From Ramazzottius varieornatus (taxonomy: Eukaryota > Animalia > Tardigrada), in assembly GCA_001949185.1 (NCBI GenBank), contig BDGG01000003.1, positions 635,633-699,632 of the forward strand: a stretch of 64,000 bases of DNA. The letters run 5' to 3'. This document shows positions 60,623-64,000 of this stretch, one piece after another; positions within the stretch are counted from its first letter, which is position 1; every line of letters begins with the position of its first letter. The position numbers and the translations under genes are program-made. The notes below the pieces were generated by a model that was not told the DNA's origin, made no database searches, and saw only the letters and a list, made by a program, of their open reading frames with translations.

Positions 60623-63600
60623 CCAATGCATATTCACACTTCAAGGGAAGCGTTTCTGTGGTACAGAAACGCTACAGAGATGCCGTTAGGGTTACAGAAA
60701 CGCGGAAGAAGTTCTGAAGCTATTGATAAAGTGTGGTGGAAGTGCGACTGTGCAACTTCAGCCCGGTTTCTGTAGTGGAGAATCTAGGAAGAAATCTTTC
60801 AGTGTGGAAGTGTGCACGGTCGAAATACGGATGCTATTCTTTCGCCTGATAAAAAACTCAAATCAAATTTCCTGTTACGGTGACGAATAACTGAATGGAC
60901 CGGAAGTGGAAATAATAATGATTATAAAACTGAACGGGACTGCGTTACATTGACATATAAACCGTTAAGAGTGGCAAACCATAAGTGCAGCACAGATTCA
61001 GGCCAGATTGGTCATTGGGTAGTGCGTTACCCTGTCCAGATTACTCTTTTGATATCTGGACGGAAGGATGCGATCTAGACAACAGTTTCATTTCTTTTTC
61101 CGTGAAAAGGAGTAAAGATGCCTTTCACACAGGCTAATTCCAAGTATGATCTTGCTACAGAGAGATTGTATTTTGAAATCGATCAGGAAAACAGGTATAA
61201 ATGTGTTGTGTGTGGATGTGGTTTATAAATTATTATCCAGTATTCGGCGTCATCTTCGAGAGAATTACAAGGACGACACAACTGGAAGTCGACAACAAGA
61301 TGTGCTAGAAGAGACGGGTGAGTTCATTACCATCGTATGGCTGATACAAGTAGGCAAGTATCAAAGAACTCAACTATCGTGAACCTGCTTTATTTTACCA
61401 ACAAAAGCGCATTCTCCAGTGGACAGTGGCGAGAATTTGGAAGAATCCTTCCGTGACCACTCAATCGTTCACATTGTCCCACCAGCACCTCTACCGATGG
61501 CACTCGAACTAGTCTGCGTATTCTTATGGATCGCCACAAATTGCCTTACCGTGCCATCAATGATATTATCGGTTTCATCAGATTGAAGCCGGACATATCC
61601 AATATCAGGACAGTGGACGACGTGCTAAAGCAGTCAAGCAATCTAGACGTCCAGATGAAGCGCTTATGCTGCATTTGTCACTGCCCAATTGAGAATGACG
61701 TCCGCATTACATCAAGTATATTGGGAATAGTTTGCTGACGAGTACTGCGTGATTCAATAGTTATGAATTCTAGCAACATGCTGCGGCGAGATTTCACCAT
61801 TTGTCTCCTCAAGGAACAGCTTAGGTGCTTAACCAAAGGTACACGCACTGCTAACCTGATCAATTGGCGCGGTAGTCATGTTAAGTTTTCGAATGTAGAC
61901 AACAGGCTCAAATTATGGGATGATAGCGATTACCGGAAGAACGGCCTCATTGCTGATGGCACTGACGGATCCTCACACATGGATGCAGTAGCCAGACTGT
62001 TAGCTGAACATCCGGAGAAGAAAGCGCTGACGTTTTTACTGTGTACCGATGGGGTGCAGATTCACAAATCCAATCGGAAGTCGGCTTGGCCGATCTTCTT
62101 GGTGTGTGAACAAATTGGCCTACCACATAGGTGAAGTATTTCACTACATGAATCGAGAGATTGTGTATGGTCCTCCAGTTATCGAATAACATGTTTTACA
62201 GGTTCAAGAAAAGAAACGTGATACTGTATGGACTGTGGCACGGAGTGGGCAAGCCTCCTCTACGCGGGATGTTACGTATGGTACAAGGTGAAATCGATGA
62301 GGTCAATGAGCAAGGTTCGCTGTCATGTCTGAAACACGCGTCCTACAGAGTTTGCTGTCACTACTTAATTGTGTGATTTTATTGAGGAGGAATTCCTGTG
62401 TGTAACGATGGCCAAGAGTTTGACTGCTTAGTTGGAGTGACCAAAGTGACAGCTGATACCATTGGCAAAGCCTCTTCAACAAACCAAGTGCAGTTCAATG
62501 GTGAGGAAGGTTGCTGTCACTGGCTAGCTCGCGGCACCAATATCACAACCCCGAAAGGCGGGAACGTTCGTTCGTATGCATCTTCCATCGACCCACCTGC
62601 AACAAGGCGCACCCACAAAAGACTTGTCAGGCACGCGAGGAAAGCCACAGAATCTGGCACCAAAGTAACGGTATTTTATTTCAACAAGTTTGTACTGTTT
62701 TAGTCAATTTGTAATATTACAGGTGCATGGGGTTAAAGGCACTCCACCTGTGAGCGAACTTAGAGTTCTCGATCGTGAGAAGGAAGTCGTGGTGGATGAA
62801 ATGCACGGAGGTTATCTTGGTGTTGCAAAAACAATTCTCGGTCTTTGGAGAAAGACTCTAACAGATAACCAAGTATACAGCTCAGCAGTCTTGTCTTTTA
62901 AACGAGTTAATTCATATTCGGGTCCATCACAAATATGAAATTCTGATTTGAATATATGTCTTGATTTGAGTACTTCAATTTTAGTTAGAACATTTTCTGA
63001 AAGCGGAAAACCGTTACGTACATTGTTTCAGGTTAATTCGATAACGGAAAGAATGAGTCTGTTCAAGCCACCTCCGCTCTGCAACCGGCCTCCGGAGAAT
63101 CTCGAGTTAGCCACTTGGAGAAGCAGCACGTTTCGGGGCTGGGTTTTTGACTTCTGGTTCCCCTGCTGTACCGGAATAATTAGGCCTGAGCTTCTACATC
63201 ACTTTGCACTTTTTACCGAAGCATTCACTATTCTTTCTGCAACATCCATCCATCCGGAACGCGATGTTGATCGTGCTCGAATCCTCATCCGGAATTTCCA
63301 GACAGATTTCACTAATCACTACTGTATGTTACTTGAATTCGCAGTTTTTCAATCAGGCGATCCATAACACTTATCTTCCACTTTTGTAGTGGAACGTTAC
63401 TTTGGAATTAACGTTCACTGCTTGGGGCATCTTCCTGACGGTGATCTGGAGACAGGGCCACTCTGGGCTTTGTTTCCTTAAGAAGGGCTGAACGGGGTTG
63501 TTGCTCGAGGAAACCATGCGAACCATGCCATCTCCAAGTCAGCCGTTCTACAGTACGTTTCCGCGCAGAACGCCGAAAGAGATGTTAAGCTTATATCATC

Positions 63601-64000
63601 GCCGAAAGCGGTGAAATTTTGCTTGATGGTCAAAGGAATGAGGTAGGCGTCGAATCTGTCTACTGACACCGATATTTCAGATTCCAGTATCCATACATTC
63701 ACTATGCATGATGTTTACAGAACCAAGGATGTTGCAAGATCAGCCAAGTGGACCCTGTTGGGCAATCCCCTTCGATTGTCCCAAGAAAAGAAAGCGGAAG
63801 TGATGCATGGAATATACGTCGTCAGATTTTTCGGTCGAGCAAAACTCCACGGATGTACGGCCTGGACACCCAAGTATAAGAAACCAACTAAGCGCTCCGC
63901 TCGCCATTTTGTCACGATACACAATTCAGCAAAAGCTCACACTTTCATAAAACTAGTCACTTAGCGTACACGTGCCTGGCCTAAATATGGGGATGGACAA
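60623..64000 (+). mobile_element. EnSpm/CACTA (CMC)-like transposon with a multi-exon, degraded transposase; runs off the window end
   Basis: TDGVQIHKS...WPIFL, NVILYGLWHG..KP, ADTIGKA...QFNGEEGC, HGVKG, VDEMHG..LGV, NVHCLGHL...GPLW. Frameshift near 63475. Left boundary approximate. Confidence 0.85.

Noticed and set aside
1-64000. TACGTA as a second footprint motif
   Set aside because: About 17 seen by eye, close to a rough random expectation for this 6-mer, so no enrichment.
1-64000. tRNA, rRNA or snRNA genes
   Set aside because: No convincing cloverleaf or conserved RNA-gene motifs seen by eye; a covariance-model scan would be needed to exclude them.

Overview
Gene-dense eukaryotic (animal) DNA with roughly balanced GC and mostly short GT-AG introns; no prokaryotic features. 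Compact introns plus a decayed natriuretic-peptide-receptor-like gene and a gustatory-receptor-like gene fit a tardigrade (Ramazzottius/Hypsibius-like); this is inference. Apparently intact genes: a 73-aa His/Arg/Tyr-rich secreted propeptide, a chitin-binding peritrophin-A protein with a disordered tail, NF-YA, a PP2C phosphatase, CIAO2A/FAM96A, two tandem prolyl 4-hydroxylase alpha genes, NAGK, an ebony-like gene with no visible adenylation domain, a Ly6/three-finger mucin protein, an orphan secreted 6-Cys protein, a reduced intersectin-like gene and an intronless C2CD6/ALS2CR11-like ORF. Pseudogenes: a GnRH/AKH/corazonin-receptor exon, a gustatory-receptor-like gene, a receptor-guanylyl-cyclase ectodomain and an acid lipase. 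DNA transposons are frequent (Tc4/Tc5-like element, hAT and Tc1/mariner MITEs, a foldback element over an assembly gap, an EnSpm/CACTA-like transposase), and TACAGTA/TACTGTA excision-footprint 7-mers appear enriched. Splice models and family assignments were made by eye from remembered motifs; no searches were run.
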